This document shows, one piece after another, positions 49,255 to 59,124 of a stretch of 64,000 bases of DNA. Every line of letters begins with the position of its first letter. Positions within the stretch are counted from its first letter, which is position 1. The notes beneath the pieces were generated by a model. It saw nothing but the letters and a program-made list of their open reading frames with translations, was not told where the DNA came from and searched no databases. The stretch comes from an uncultured delta proteobacterium (GTDB lineage Bacteria; Myxococcota_A; Polyangia; Haliangiales; Haliangiaceae), in contig CAWKDB010000010.1 of assembly GCA_963848295.1 (NCBI GenBank), positions 4,384,001-4,448,000 of the forward strand, given 5' to 3'. The translations under genes were made by a program, and so were the position numbers.

Positions 49255-49797
49255 ATGCCTGAAGAGATCGAGGTCCCGACCGAAGAGCTGCACGAGAAGA
49301 TGGGAGAGGCCGCCGAAGAGGCGGGCGAAGGGCGCAAGTGGATCTCTCGCGTCGCGCTGTCCTCGGCGCTGCTCGCGGTCCTCGCCGCGATCAGCGCGTT
49401 GCTCGCGGGCCATCACGCCAACGAGGCCATGCTCGACCAGATGAAGGCCACCGACCAGTGGGCATTCTTCCAGGCTAAAGGGATCAAGGCCGCGGTCACC
49501 CAGCAGAGCATCGACATGATGGTCAGCCTCGGCAAGCCCGAGCCCGTCGGCGCAGAGCAGAAAATGGCCGACTACCAAGCGGATCAGGCGAAGATCAAGG
49601 ACGGCGCCGACGAGCTCGAACATTCGTCGGAGGACCACATGTCACACCACGTCGAGCTCGCGCGCGGCGTCACCGTGTTCCAGGTCGCGATCGCGATGGG
49701 AGCGATCGCGGTGCTGTCGCGGCGGCCGAAGCTATGGCTGGTCAGTGTCAGCCTCGGGGGGCTCGGCCTGCTGTTCTTCATCCTCGGCCTGCTATGA
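49255..49797 (+). CDS. DUF4337-like membrane protein
   Basis: A..LAV.AAIS...A, A.DQWAFFQAK.IK, FQ.AIA..AIA.L. Confidence 0.75.
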   Translation: MPEEIEVPTEELHEKMGEAAEEAGEGRKWISRVALSSALLAVLAAISALLAGHHANEAMLDQMKATDQWAFFQAKGIKAAVTQQSIDMMVSLGKPEPVGAEQKMADYQADQAKIKDGADELEHSSEDHMSHHVELARGVTVFQVAIAMGAIAVLSRRPKLWLVSVSLGGLGLLFFILGLL

Positions 49798-50726
49798 CCT
49801 CGGCGCAGACGATCCCGATCGTGGATCTGCGCGCACCGCGCGACGAGGTCGTGCGCGGCGTGGGCGAGTCGCTCGCCGAGATCGGATTCTTCGCGGTCGC
49901 GAACCACGGCGTACCCGACGCGCTCACCGCTCGGGTGTACGACGCGGCTCGTGCGGTGTTTCACCTGCCGGCGGACGTGAAGGCGCGCTACCACGACCCC
50001 GATAAGCTCGCGCAGCGCGGCTATACCGGCTTCGGCAAGGAGCACGCGCGCGATCAAGCCGCGCCGGACTTGAAGGAGTTCTGGCAGGTCGGCCGCGTCG
50101 ACGTGCCGGACGATCACGCGGTCCATCAGCGGTTTGGCGCGAACGTGTGGCCGGCCGAGGTCCCCGAGTTTCGGGCCGCGATCACCGAGCTCTATCGTCA
50201 CCTCGATCAGCTCGGCGGCACCTTGCTCGAAGCCTGTGCCGCGTACCTCGACGAGCCCGACGGCCGGTTCCGCGACATGGCGCGCGAAGCCGACACGATC
50301 GTGCGCGTGCTGTACTACCCGCCGACGGTGGGCGCACCCGCCGGCTCGGTTCGCTCGGCGGCCCACGAGGACATCAACCTGATCACGCTGCTCTCGGGCG
50401 CGACCGCCGAGGGCCTCGAGCTGCTGCGCCACGACGGCAGCTGGCTGCCGGTCCACACCGGGTTCGACACGATCGTCGTCGACGCGGGCGACATGCTGCA
50501 GAATGCGACGAACGGGCTGTACAAGAGCACGACTCATCGCGTGGTCAACCCGCGCGACGGCGCGAGCGAGAGGTTCTCGATCCCGTGCTTCATTCACGCG
50601 CGGCCCGACGTCGATCTCGCGCCGCTGCCGAGCTGCATCGCCCGCACCGGTGGTGTCGCGCGTTATCCGAGCGTCACCGCCGGCGCTTATCTCGCGCAGC
50701 GGCTCCGCGAGATCGGCCTGGCGTGA
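49794..50726 (+). CDS. 2-oxoglutarate/Fe(II) oxygenase (IPNS-like)
   Basis: IPIVDL, GFF...NHG, HEDINLITLL (HxD), GDMLQ..TNG...ST.HRV, RFS. Confidence 0.92.
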   Translation: MTSAQTIPIVDLRAPRDEVVRGVGESLAEIGFFAVANHGVPDALTARVYDAARAVFHLPADVKARYHDPDKLAQRGYTGFGKEHARDQAAPDLKEFWQVGRVDVPDDHAVHQRFGANVWPAEVPEFRAAITELYRHLDQLGGTLLEACAAYLDEPDGRFRDMAREADTIVRVLYYPPTVGAPAGSVRSAAHEDINLITLLSGATAEGLELLRHDGSWLPVHTGFDTIVVDAGDMLQNATNGLYKSTTHRVVNPRDGASERFSIPCFIHARPDVDLAPLPSCIARTGGVARYPSVTAGAYLAQRLREIGLA

Positions 50727-50999
50727 GGCGTCGCCGCAGGCAGGCTCGGGCCCCGACTTAGACGGTGCCCCCGCGATCTCGGGAAATGTTTTTCGGGGGC
50801 TCCGGCTCCGAACGCGATCGGTCGGCCGCCGCCGCGCCGCCTGGACGCGGAGGCCGTGGGGCAAGCGGCCCGGCTCGCGCGGCGATCTGCGAAGTGTCCG
50901 GTCACCGTGCGTCGATCGCGTCTCGCGGGGTCATCGACCGTGAGGGAGTCCACGCCGTTCCCGCTCGCGCACCCACCCGCCGCGAGATACGCTCTCCCT

Positions 51000-52361
51000 A
51001 TGCTGCGGATCGTTTGCGTCGGACTGCTGGTCGCGGCGCTCGCGCCACAGGCGTTCGCGAACGGACGCAACCCCGGGACCTCGACGCTGCACTTCCGGCA
51101 CGGGGCCGAAACCGACATCGTCGGGGGCATGACGTTCGGTGTGCTGATCTCGCACGACAGCGGCGCGACGTGGCGTTGGATGTGCGAAGCATCGGTCGGC
51201 TACGCCGGCACGTACGATCCGGACTACGAATGGGGTCCGGGCCCGGCGCCTGGCTCGCTGTTCGCGACGACGTTCGACGGGCTCAAAGACAATAGCGACG
51301 GCTGCACGTACGCGAACTGTCCCTCGGGCACGACGTTCGTGTCACAAGTCGAGATCGGACCCGATGGCGCGGTGTACTACGCCGCGTCGGATCCCGCCGA
51401 CATCAAGATCTACAAGAGCACGGACAACGGCGTATCGTTCACCCAGTCGAGCACACCTCCGGGCTCCGACATCCTCGTCGGCACGGCCTACGGCACGTGG
51501 TGGGACTCGCTCATCGTCTCGCCGTCGAATGCGCAGCGGGTCTATCTGAGCGGCTACTTGCTCACCGCCGGTCAGCCGCGCACTCAGTTCCTATTTCGCA
51601 GCGACGACGGCGGCGCGACGTTCACGCCGATGGTCCTGACCGGGATCACGACGACGCTCAACTCGGCGATCGACTTCGTCGCGGTCGATCCGACGAACCC
51701 CGACATCGCCTATGTGCGCGTCAAGCAGGAATCCTCGATGGGCGAGGGTCTGTACAAGACGACGAACGGCGGCGCGAGCGGATCGTGGACGCACCTGCTG
51801 TCGGAGAACGACTCGCCGCTGTCGCTCGTCGTGCGTAACGATGGCTCGCTCGTCGCGGGCAGCCCGAACCTCGGCATGCACACGTCGCCGGATGGCACGA
51901 CGTGGACCGACCTCGTCAACCCGCCGCACGTCAACTGTCTCGCCCATAACTCGGCCGACGAAGTGTGGGCGTGCACCGCGAACTTCGACGTTCCGGGCGG
52001 GCCGCCGAAAGATGGCTACGGGATCATGAAGTCGAGCGGCGACCTGTCGACGTGGACGCCGCTGCTGCGGTTCCAAGACATCATGGACCCGGTCGCGTGC
52101 GCCGCGGGAACCGTGCAAGAGGATCAGTGCGTGCTGCCGTACATGGCCAAGCCGTCGGTGTGGTGCGGGCTGATGACACAGCTCGGGATCACGTCGACGT
52201 CGATCCCGTGCGCCTCGTTCAACGTCGACGGCGCGGTGGACGGCGCACCCCTCGTATCGCCGCCAAAGGGCTGCTGCGATACCAGCGGCGGCGGCACGAT
52301 GTCGGCGCTCGTGCTCGGTGGGTTGATCACGCTGATCTTCGGCCGGCGTAAGCGCCGTTGA
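51000..52361 (+). CDS. Secreted BNR/Asp-box beta-propeller protein with MYXO-CTERM-like tail (paralog 1)
   Basis: Signal peptide; S.D.G.TW/F boxes; C-terminal GCC, TM helix and RRKRR. Confidence 0.8.
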   Translation: MLRIVCVGLLVAALAPQAFANGRNPGTSTLHFRHGAETDIVGGMTFGVLISHDSGATWRWMCEASVGYAGTYDPDYEWGPGPAPGSLFATTFDGLKDNSDGCTYANCPSGTTFVSQVEIGPDGAVYYAASDPADIKIYKSTDNGVSFTQSSTPPGSDILVGTAYGTWWDSLIVSPSNAQRVYLSGYLLTAGQPRTQFLFRSDDGGATFTPMVLTGITTTLNSAIDFVAVDPTNPDIAYVRVKQESSMGEGLYKTTNGGASGSWTHLLSENDSPLSLVVRNDGSLVAGSPNLGMHTSPDGTTWTDLVNPPHVNCLAHNSADEVWACTANFDVPGGPPKDGYGIMKSSGDLSTWTPLLRFQDIMDPVACAAGTVQEDQCVLPYMAKPSVWCGLMTQLGITSTSIPCASFNVDGAVDGAPLVSPPKGCCDTSGGGTMSALVLGGLITLIFGRRKRR

Positions 52362-53689
52362 GTTCGCGACGGCTCGGCGCGCTCGCCGCGCTCGCTGTCG
52401 CGGCGGTTGCTCCATCTGCGTATGCGAACGGACGCCCCTCCGGCACGTCGACGATCAACTTCCGCCACGGTCACGACCAAGACATCGCGGCGGGCATGAC
52501 GTTCGGGTTGTTGCTGTCGCACGACGGCGGCGCGACCTGGCAATGGATGTGCGAGGACGCGGTCGGGTTTGCCGGCACGTTCGACCCTGACTTCGACTAC
52601 GCGGCCAACGGCTCGTTGTTCGCGACGACGCTCGCCGAAGGCCTGAAGCTCGAGGCCGATGGCTGCACCTTCGCGGCGACGCCGTCCGGCACGACGAACG
52701 TGACACAAGTCGAGATCGGGCCGGACGGCGCGGTCTACTACGCCGCGTCCGACCCGGCCGATATGAAGATCTACAAGAGCACCGACGGTGGCGTGACGTT
52801 CCCGCAATCGGCGATGCCACCCGGCGCGCCGGTGGGTGCGAACTGGCAATCGCTCGCGGTCGCGCCGTCGGATCCGCAGCGGATCTATCTCACCGGCTAT
52901 CAGACGGCGCACGGCGACCCGAACGCGCAGTTCTTGTACCGCAGCGATGACGGTGGCGCGTCGTTCGTACCGATCGCGGCCGATGGTCTGACCACGACGA
53001 CGAACACCAAGATCGACATCGTGGGTATCGATCCGGTCGACCCGGATATCGTTTACATCCGAGTCGAGGACGAGAGCCCGATGGGCCAAGGCCTGTACAA
53101 GACGACGAACGGCGGCGCGAGCGGAGGCTGGACTCACATCCGCTCCGACAACGACGCGCCACTCGTGCTGCTGGTCCGCGCGGACGGCAGCCTGGTCGAA
53201 GCGAGTCCGTTTCTGGGAGCGCGTACATCGACCGATGGCGGCGCGACGTGGACGGAATTGGCCGGCGCGCCGCACCTCAATTGTCTCTCTGCCAATAGCG
53301 CCGGTGAGATCTGGGGCTGCACGGTCGACCTCGCGGGGATGGGCAGTCCGCCACCCGACGGCTGGGCGATCATGAAGACCGACGATCTGGTGACGTGGAC
53401 CGGGGTGTTGAAGTTCACCGATATCCAAGCGCCGGTGTCGTGTCCGGCTGGGACGGTGCAGCAAGACCAATGCGTGTTGCCATACCAAGGCAAGGCATCC
53501 GTGTGGTGCATCCTCACCGTGCAGCTCGGGATCACGGCGACGCCGATCGATTGTTCGCAACCGCTACCGGAGGGCGCGCCGATCCATCGCGGCGGCTGCT
53601 GTGACAGTGGGGGTGGTGCGGCGAACGGGCTGCTCGGCGCATTAACCGCTATGCTGTGGGTCGTGCGACGGCGGAGGACTTCATGCTGA
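52358..53689 (+). CDS. Secreted BNR/Asp-box beta-propeller protein with MYXO-CTERM-like tail (paralog 2)
   Basis: Colinear with paralog 1 (for example QVEIGPDGAVYYAASDPAD and GLYKTTNGGASG are identical); GGCC, TM helix and RRRR. Confidence 0.8.
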   Translation: MSSRRLGALAALAVAAVAPSAYANGRPSGTSTINFRHGHDQDIAAGMTFGLLLSHDGGATWQWMCEDAVGFAGTFDPDFDYAANGSLFATTLAEGLKLEADGCTFAATPSGTTNVTQVEIGPDGAVYYAASDPADMKIYKSTDGGVTFPQSAMPPGAPVGANWQSLAVAPSDPQRIYLTGYQTAHGDPNAQFLYRSDDGGASFVPIAADGLTTTTNTKIDIVGIDPVDPDIVYIRVEDESPMGQGLYKTTNGGASGGWTHIRSDNDAPLVLLVRADGSLVEASPFLGARTSTDGGATWTELAGAPHLNCLSANSAGEIWGCTVDLAGMGSPPPDGWAIMKTDDLVTWTGVLKFTDIQAPVSCPAGTVQQDQCVLPYQGKASVWCILTVQLGITATPIDCSQPLPEGAPIHRGGCCDSGGGAANGLLGALTAMLWVVRRRRTSC

Positions 53690-54729
53690 CGCGTCTCGAT
53701 CGCTTCGCGTATCACTCGCAACATCTGTCGTTCTTGATCAACGCGACCGTGATGCAGGAGGCGGCGCGGTTCGTGACTCGCCATCCGCGGCCGGTGATCG
53801 GCGCGGACGAGCTGACGTTGCTCGATCGGCGCCGCCGCGAGCTCCACGCGCGCGATCTCGCAAACGTCGACGCCGGCGCGTATCCGCGCGAGCTGTTGTT
53901 CGACATCCCAGTGCGCGGATTCTTGCGCGCGTTGCCGGCACTGCTGCGCGATGCGCCGCGCGTCGTCCGCCGCAAACGCGAGAACGACTTTCGCGACATT
54001 CCAGTCGTCGATAAGACCCGGTACCCGGCCTACTATCGCCGAACGTTCCATTGGCAGACCGACGGCTACTTCAGCGATCATTCTGCGGCGGTCTACGAGC
54101 TCGGCGTCGAGCTGCTGTTTCGCGGCACCGCCGATGTCATGCGGCGGATGATCATCCCGCCGATCACCGCGTTCGCGCGCGCGGCCCGCGCTGGCGTGAT
54201 CGAGCCAGGACTCGGGATGACCCGTTCGCTCAAGATCCTCGACGTCGGGTGTGGCACCGGCCGGACGCTGCATCAGCTATGGCGGAGCGATCCGTCGCAC
54301 CGGCTGCACGGCGTCGACCTTTCGCCTGCGTATGTTCGCGCCGCGCGCAAGCGACTCGAGGCGGTCGGCGAGCTCACGCTTGCGGTCGAGAACGGCGAGG
54401 CATTGCCGTGGGCCGATGCGACGTTCGATGTCGTCACGAGCGTCTACATGTGCCACGAGCTGCCGCGCAAGGCGCGCCGCAACGTCCTGCGCGAGATGCT
54501 GCGAGTCGTGCGTCCGGGCGGCCTGATCGTGATCGAGGATTCGGCGCAGCCGGCGGACAGCCCACAGCTCGCGGCCGTGCTCCACGATTTTCCGCGCGAC
54601 TTCCACGAGCCGTTCTACGACGACTACCTCGAGGACGATCTCGCGGCCGCACTCACCGAGGTCGGCGCTCGCGTCGAGTCGAGCGAGCCGCACCTCGTCG
54701 CGAAGGTCGTGGTCGCGCACCGGCCGTAG
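53683..54729 (+). CDS. Class I SAM-dependent methyltransferase
   Basis: YP.YY..TFHWQTDGY.S, ILDVGCGTG, GVDLS, FDVV, HELP, RPGG. Confidence 0.88.
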   Translation: MLTRLDRFAYHSQHLSFLINATVMQEAARFVTRHPRPVIGADELTLLDRRRRELHARDLANVDAGAYPRELLFDIPVRGFLRALPALLRDAPRVVRRKRENDFRDIPVVDKTRYPAYYRRTFHWQTDGYFSDHSAAVYELGVELLFRGTADVMRRMIIPPITAFARAARAGVIEPGLGMTRSLKILDVGCGTGRTLHQLWRSDPSHRLHGVDLSPAYVRAARKRLEAVGELTLAVENGEALPWADATFDVVTSVYMCHELPRKARRNVLREMLRVVRPGGLIVIEDSAQPADSPQLAAVLHDFPRDFHEPFYDDYLEDDLAAALTEVGARVESSEPHLVAKVVVAHRP

Positions 54730-54890
54730 CAAGGCCTCGCGAACCTCGCCGAGGTCCGGGTTCGCTCGTGACGTGACGCCGCAACGTCCGGTGTCACCTG
54801 CTCTTGTTCGCTGACGCCCGGACCGCTCATTCCGACCGTTTGCGTTGCGGCGCTACGGCCTCCTGGCTCGCTTGGGCATACGCTCCGCGG

Positions 54891-55988
54891 ATGCCCGACG
54901 ATCCGAACGCGAAGCTCGCGCCGTTACGCGCCGAGCTCGGCCAGGTGGACCGCGAGATCTTGGCGCTCGTCGCGCGGCGCCAGGCGGTCGCGCAAAAGAT
55001 CGGCCAGATCAAGCGCGCGGCCGCGATTCCGACGCGCGACTTCCGCCAGGAGCGCGACGTCGTCGAACGAGCGAGGACGGCGGCCCAGCAGCACGGACTG
55101 TCGCCTCGCTTTGGCGAAGAGCTCGTGCTCGCCCTCATCCGCGAGTCGCTGACCGTGCAAGAGCGCGACACGGTCGCGGCGAGTGGCGAGGGCGGTGGTC
55201 GCCGCGCGCTCGTCATCGGTGGTTGCGGCAACATGGGCCGCTGGTTCGTGCGCTACCTCGACGCGCAGGGGTTCGTCGTCGAGATCTCGGACCCGGCCGC
55301 GGCGGATCCGGCGCAGCGCGATTGGCGCACCGTCACGCTCGATCACGAGCTCATCGTCGTCGCCGCGCCGATGACGGCGACCGCCGAGATCCTGCGCGCG
55401 ATGGCAGCCTCCCCGCCGCGGGGCGTCGTCTTCGACGTGGGTTCGCTCAAGAGCCCCTTGCGCGAAGCGTTGCACGCCCTGCGTCAGGCCGGGGGCAACG
55501 TCACGTCGGTCCATCCGATGTTCGGGCCCGACACCGAGCTGCTCAGCGGCCGCCACGTGATCTTCGTCGACGTCGGGGTTCCGGCCGCGACCGCCGCGGC
55601 CCGCGCGTTATTCGAGCCGACGATGGCGACCCTGGTCGAGATGGATCTCGAGAGCCACGATCGGCTGATCGCGTACGTGCTCGGGCTATCCCACGCACTC
55701 AACATCGCGTTCTTCACCGCGCTCGCCGACAGTGGCGAAGCCGCCCCCCGGCTCGCGACGCTGTCGTCGACCACGTTCGACGCCCAGCTCCGTGTCGCGG
55801 CCAACGTCGCGCACGAGAACCCGGACCTCTACTTCGAGATCCAAACCCTCAACGACTACGGCACCGAATCCATAGCCGCGCTGCTCTACGCCGTCGAGCG
55901 CCTGCGCTCCGTCGTGCGAGCCAACGACCTCGAAGGCTTCCGAGCGCTGATGACGCGCGGTCGCGGCTACCTCGCGCTCCGCCGGTAG
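54891..55988 (+). CDS. tyrA: Chorismate mutase/prephenate dehydrogenase
   Basis: AroQ N-terminus, [30 protein letters not shown]. Confidence 0.9.
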   Translation: MPDDPNAKLAPLRAELGQVDREILALVARRQAVAQKIGQIKRAAAIPTRDFRQERDVVERARTAAQQHGLSPRFGEELVLALIRESLTVQERDTVAASGEGGGRRALVIGGCGNMGRWFVRYLDAQGFVVEISDPAAADPAQRDWRTVTLDHELIVVAAPMTATAEILRAMAASPPRGVVFDVGSLKSPLREALHALRQAGGNVTSVHPMFGPDTELLSGRHVIFVDVGVPAATAAARALFEPTMATLVEMDLESHDRLIAYVLGLSHALNIAFFTALADSGEAAPRLATLSSTTFDAQLRVAANVAHENPDLYFEIQTLNDYGTESIAALLYAVERLRSVVRANDLEGFRALMTRGRGYLALRR

Positions 55989-55991
55989 GGT

Positions 55992-56070
55992 GACGCTGTC
56001 TCTTTTGTCAACTTGCGCTGGATCGCGTCGCCGCGAAGTCCTGGGGACGCTGTCTCTTTTGTCAACTTGC
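55992..56070. repeat. Exact 25-bp direct repeat GACGCTGTCTCTTTTGTCAACTTGC, 2 copies, 29 bp apart
   Basis: Copies at 55992-56016 and 56046-56070, between convergent tyrA and the coq4-like gene. Confidence 0.85.
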
Positions 56071-56083
56071 ACCGACAGGCTGG

Positions 56084-56902
56084 CTACGCCGCGGCGCCGA
56101 CCGCCGTGACGCCGAGCAGCGCGCGGACCTCCGCGAGCGGCGTCGCCCAATGGTCTTCCCACGGGAACGTCACGAGGTGCTCGGCATCGGCACCTGCGCG
56201 ATACGCGCGCAGCGCTTCGCGCGCCAGCATCGGCCTCGACCGCAAGCTGCGTAGTGTGCCGACCGCGCTCAGGATCAGGGTGCTCGGCGCTCGCACCTGG
56301 CCGTAAGTGAACGCCTGGAGAGCGACTTCGCCGGGCGTATCGGTGCTGCAACCGGTAACGACGTGCCACAGGTCATGGGTCTGGCGCATTCGTTGGACGA
56401 CGTACTGCGCACGCGGGTCGCGGATATCGGCCGGTGGCGCGTCGAACACTTCGGGTGTCAGGCCGCGCGAGCGCAAGAAGTGAGCGTACGCGTGACCGAG
56501 GGTGCCATCCGGTAGCGCGGCGAGCGCATCGAGGTCGATCGTCTTCGAGTTGATCTCGCGATGCTCGGCGTACAGCTTCTGGCCGCGCGGATCGGAGTAG
56601 AACCGCTCGAGTCGGCGCGCGGTCGTCCCGGCGTTCGCGTAGCTGCTGAACACGAGGACCTCGTCGGTGCGCTCGGGATCGGCGGCAACGACCGCGAGCG
56701 CCTTGAGCGCGCGGCGCCATCGGGTCAGCGGCGGCAATGCTGCGATATCGCCGAGCTCACCGGTGACGCCGGTCGAACCGACGACGGCACCAGCACCGGT
56801 CGGGGCGGCCGTGCCGGCGCGGGGAGCCACGCCGGGATCAGCAGGGCGGGGATTAGCCGGAGTAGCGAGGTTCAGGTTCATAGCGGTGGCGGCGGCGGAC
56901 AT
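56084..56902 (-). CDS. Coq4-like protein
   Basis: L.ALP.GTLG.AY..F, then RMRQTHDLWHVVTG.......GE (HDxxH...E metal motif); SD AGGAGG. Confidence 0.85.
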   Translation of the reverse strand: MSAAATAMNLNLATPANPRPADPGVAPRAGTAAPTGAGAVVGSTGVTGELGDIAALPPLTRWRRALKALAVVAADPERTDEVLVFSSYANAGTTARRLERFYSDPRGQKLYAEHREINSKTIDLDALAALPDGTLGHAYAHFLRSRGLTPEVFDAPPADIRDPRAQYVVQRMRQTHDLWHVVTGCSTDTPGEVALQAFTYGQVRAPSTLILSAVGTLRSLRSRPMLAREALRAYRAGADAEHLVTFPWEDHWATPLAEVRALLGVTAVGAAA

Positions 56903-56927
56903 GGCGACCTCCTGGTCTTGGCGTCCG

Positions 56928-57001
56928 TTATTGTCACCTTGATAATAAGACCTCGATCGTTATTGTCAAGGTGCCAATAACTATTGTCAGGGTACAAATA
57001 G
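56928..57001. promoter_or_regulatory. Three TetR-type operator palindromes overlapping a sigma70-like promoter
   Basis: TTATTGTCA-CCT-TGATAATAA (56928-56948), TTATTGTCA-AGG-TGCCAATAA (56960-56980), CTATTGTCA-GGG-TACAAATAG (56981-57001). Minus strand has TTGACA-N16-TATTAT facing the coq4-like gene. Confidence 0.8.
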
Positions 57002-57003
57002 CC

Positions 57004-57684
57004 ATGCCTCGGATCCCCAAGATTCCTAAGCTGTTTCGCCGCAACCGGCCCAAGCCGCCGCGCCGGCGCAGGTCGCCCGAGCTTGCGCGGACCGAGCTGC
57101 TCGATGCTGCCGAGCGGGTATTTGCAGAGCTCCAGCCCGATCAAGTCGGCCTCAAGGAGATTGCCGAGGATGCGGGAGTCAGCCACGCGTTGATCACGCA
57201 CTACTTCGGCACCTACGCCGGTCTGATCGAGGCGGTGTTCGAGCGTCGCAACCGAGTACTGCGCGACAAGATCATCGACGGGCTGACGATGCCCGGCGCA
57301 TTGACCCGCGCGGGCGAGCTGCTCGGCATGCTGTGGACCGCGCTCGAGGATCCGATCCACGTCCGCCTCATGCGTTGGCTGATCGCGAGCGAGCGGCCGA
57401 ACGCATCGCATGCGTTCGCGTTTCAGGACCACGGGCTGCAACAGGTCGCGCGCCGTGTCGCCGCGACGCTGACGACCAAACCATCCGCGGAGATGATCGA
57501 TCGGATCGAGATCACGTTGATCACCGCGGTTGCGGCCGCCTACGGCTATGCGACGAGCAAGTACGCGCTCGCCGCCGCCGCCGATCGGCCGGTGTCGCGG
57601 GCACTCGATCACCGCGTCCGCGACACGCTCGCGTCGATGGTCCAGCACCAGCTGCGGGCGGAGCTCGCGGCCCTCACCCTGTAG
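57004..57684 (+). CDS. TetR/AcrR-family transcriptional regulator
   Basis: R.ELLDAAERVF......VGLKEIAEDAGVSHALITHYFGT HTH. Confidence 0.92.
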   Translation: MPRIPKIPKLFRRNRPKPPRRRRSPELARTELLDAAERVFAELQPDQVGLKEIAEDAGVSHALITHYFGTYAGLIEAVFERRNRVLRDKIIDGLTMPGALTRAGELLGMLWTALEDPIHVRLMRWLIASERPNASHAFAFQDHGLQQVARRVAATLTTKPSAEMIDRIEITLITAVAAAYGYATSKYALAAAADRPVSRALDHRVRDTLASMVQHQLRAELAALTL

Positions 57685-57726
57685 GACGCGGAGCGCCGCT
57701 GGGCCTCGGTCTGCTAGGCTTGCTGG

Positions 57727-59097
57727 ATGACCTGGTTCGCGGAACAGCGCAGGTGGCGCGCGATCGTCGCGGTCGTCGGGCTCGCCGCTGCGTTCGGCGC
57801 AGGCGCGTGGTGGTATCTGCGCGCCGGATCGGACGACGGCCGTGTAGCCGGGCAAGCCTGCTCGGCCGGTGCTGCGCCGCGTATCGAGATCCACATCCAA
57901 CATCGCGCGAGCGCAGCGGCGATCGCGAGGCCGTACGGCTACCCCGAGTTCCCCGGCTCGCGCGACCCCGAGCTGGCCCGCTGGGAAGTCGAACGCGTGG
58001 CGCAGAAACATGAGGCGAGCGCGCTCGCCCAGCTCGCGCTCGATCCCGACGTCACCGAGGCGTTCGTCGCACCGCAGCTCGTGCTGCCGGACGAGCTGAA
58101 CGAGCCGGCGATCCGCCGCGACGGCGACAGCTGCCCGGTCAAGACGCCGGAGTACCACGAGCATCAGGGCTACCTCGACCAGGCTCCCGGGGGCATCGAC
58201 GCGGCGTTCGCGTGGCGCCAGGGCATCCGCGGCGCCGGCGTATGGTTCGCCGATGTCGAAGGCGCGTGGAACAGCTCGCACGAGGACCTGCCGGGCTCGC
58301 GCATCACGGTGCTCGCGACGCAGCTAACCGGCGCGAGTTGGCGCGCGCATGGCACTGCGGTGCTCGGCGAGGTCGTCGGCAGCGACAACGGCAAGGGCAT
58401 GATCGGCATCGCGCCGGACGTCGAGCGCGTGTTCGTCTCGCCGATCGCGCGAAGGAACGTCGCAGAGGCGATCGATCGCGCCGCGGGGCATCTGCGCGCC
58501 GGCGACGTGCTGTTGATCGAGTTGCAGAGCACGGGACCGCGTGGTCGCTACTTGCCGGTCGAATACTGGGACGACGTGTACGACGCGATTCGCGCCGCGA
58601 CCGATCGCGGCGTCGTGGTGATCGAGGCGGCGGGTAACGGCGGCGAGGATCTCGACAACCGCCGGTACGACGGCAAGCTATCCCGCAGCGGGCGCGACTC
58701 CGGCGCCATCATGGTCGGAGCGGGCGCACCTCCGCGTGCAGGGTTCACCGACCGCGAGCGGCTCGACTTCTCGAACTACGGTAGCCGACTCGATGTCCAG
58801 GGTTGGGGCCGCAAGGTGGCGACGCTCGACTACGGCGATCTGCAGGCGTGTGATGGCGGTGTCGATCGCCACTACACCGGCGAATTCGCCGGCACGTCGA
58901 GCGCGTCGCCGATCGTCGCGGGTGCCGCGATCCTGATCGAGGAACGAGCCCGGCGTGACGGCGAGACGCTGACGCCGAACCGCGTGCGCGATCTGCTGCG
59001 CCGGACCGGGACGCCACAGGTCCGAACGCACCAGCAACCGATCGGTCCACGTCCAGATCTCGCGCGAGCATTCGGAGACCTCCACCGCACGCGGTGA
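57727..59097 (+). CDS. S8 (subtilisin-like) serine peptidase with N-terminal TM anchor
   Basis: Catalytic triad motifs ADVE, HGTAVLG and GTSSASP; oxyanion AAGNG. Confidence 0.9.
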   Translation: MTWFAEQRRWRAIVAVVGLAAAFGAGAWWYLRAGSDDGRVAGQACSAGAAPRIEIHIQHRASAAAIARPYGYPEFPGSRDPELARWEVERVAQKHEASALAQLALDPDVTEAFVAPQLVLPDELNEPAIRRDGDSCPVKTPEYHEHQGYLDQAPGGIDAAFAWRQGIRGAGVWFADVEGAWNSSHEDLPGSRITVLATQLTGASWRAHGTAVLGEVVGSDNGKGMIGIAPDVERVFVSPIARRNVAEAIDRAAGHLRAGDVLLIELQSTGPRGRYLPVEYWDDVYDAIRAATDRGVVVIEAAGNGGEDLDNRRYDGKLSRSGRDSGAIMVGAGAPPRAGFTDRERLDFSNYGSRLDVQGWGRKVATLDYGDLQACDGGVDRHYTGEFAGTSSASPIVAGAAILIEERARRDGETLTPNRVRDLLRRTGTPQVRTHQQPIGPRPDLARAFGDLHRTR

Positions 59098-59124
59098 CCT
59101 GCGACACCCCGCGGTCTCGCGGCG

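Noticed and set aside
50727..50990. ncRNA in the gap between the 2OG oxygenase and the BNR genes
   Set aside because: Only short imperfect inverted repeats; I recognised no tRNA, SRP, 6S or riboswitch motif.
55992..56070. CRISPR array
   Set aside because: Only two repeats, with no cas genes or leader in the window. Kept as a repeat.
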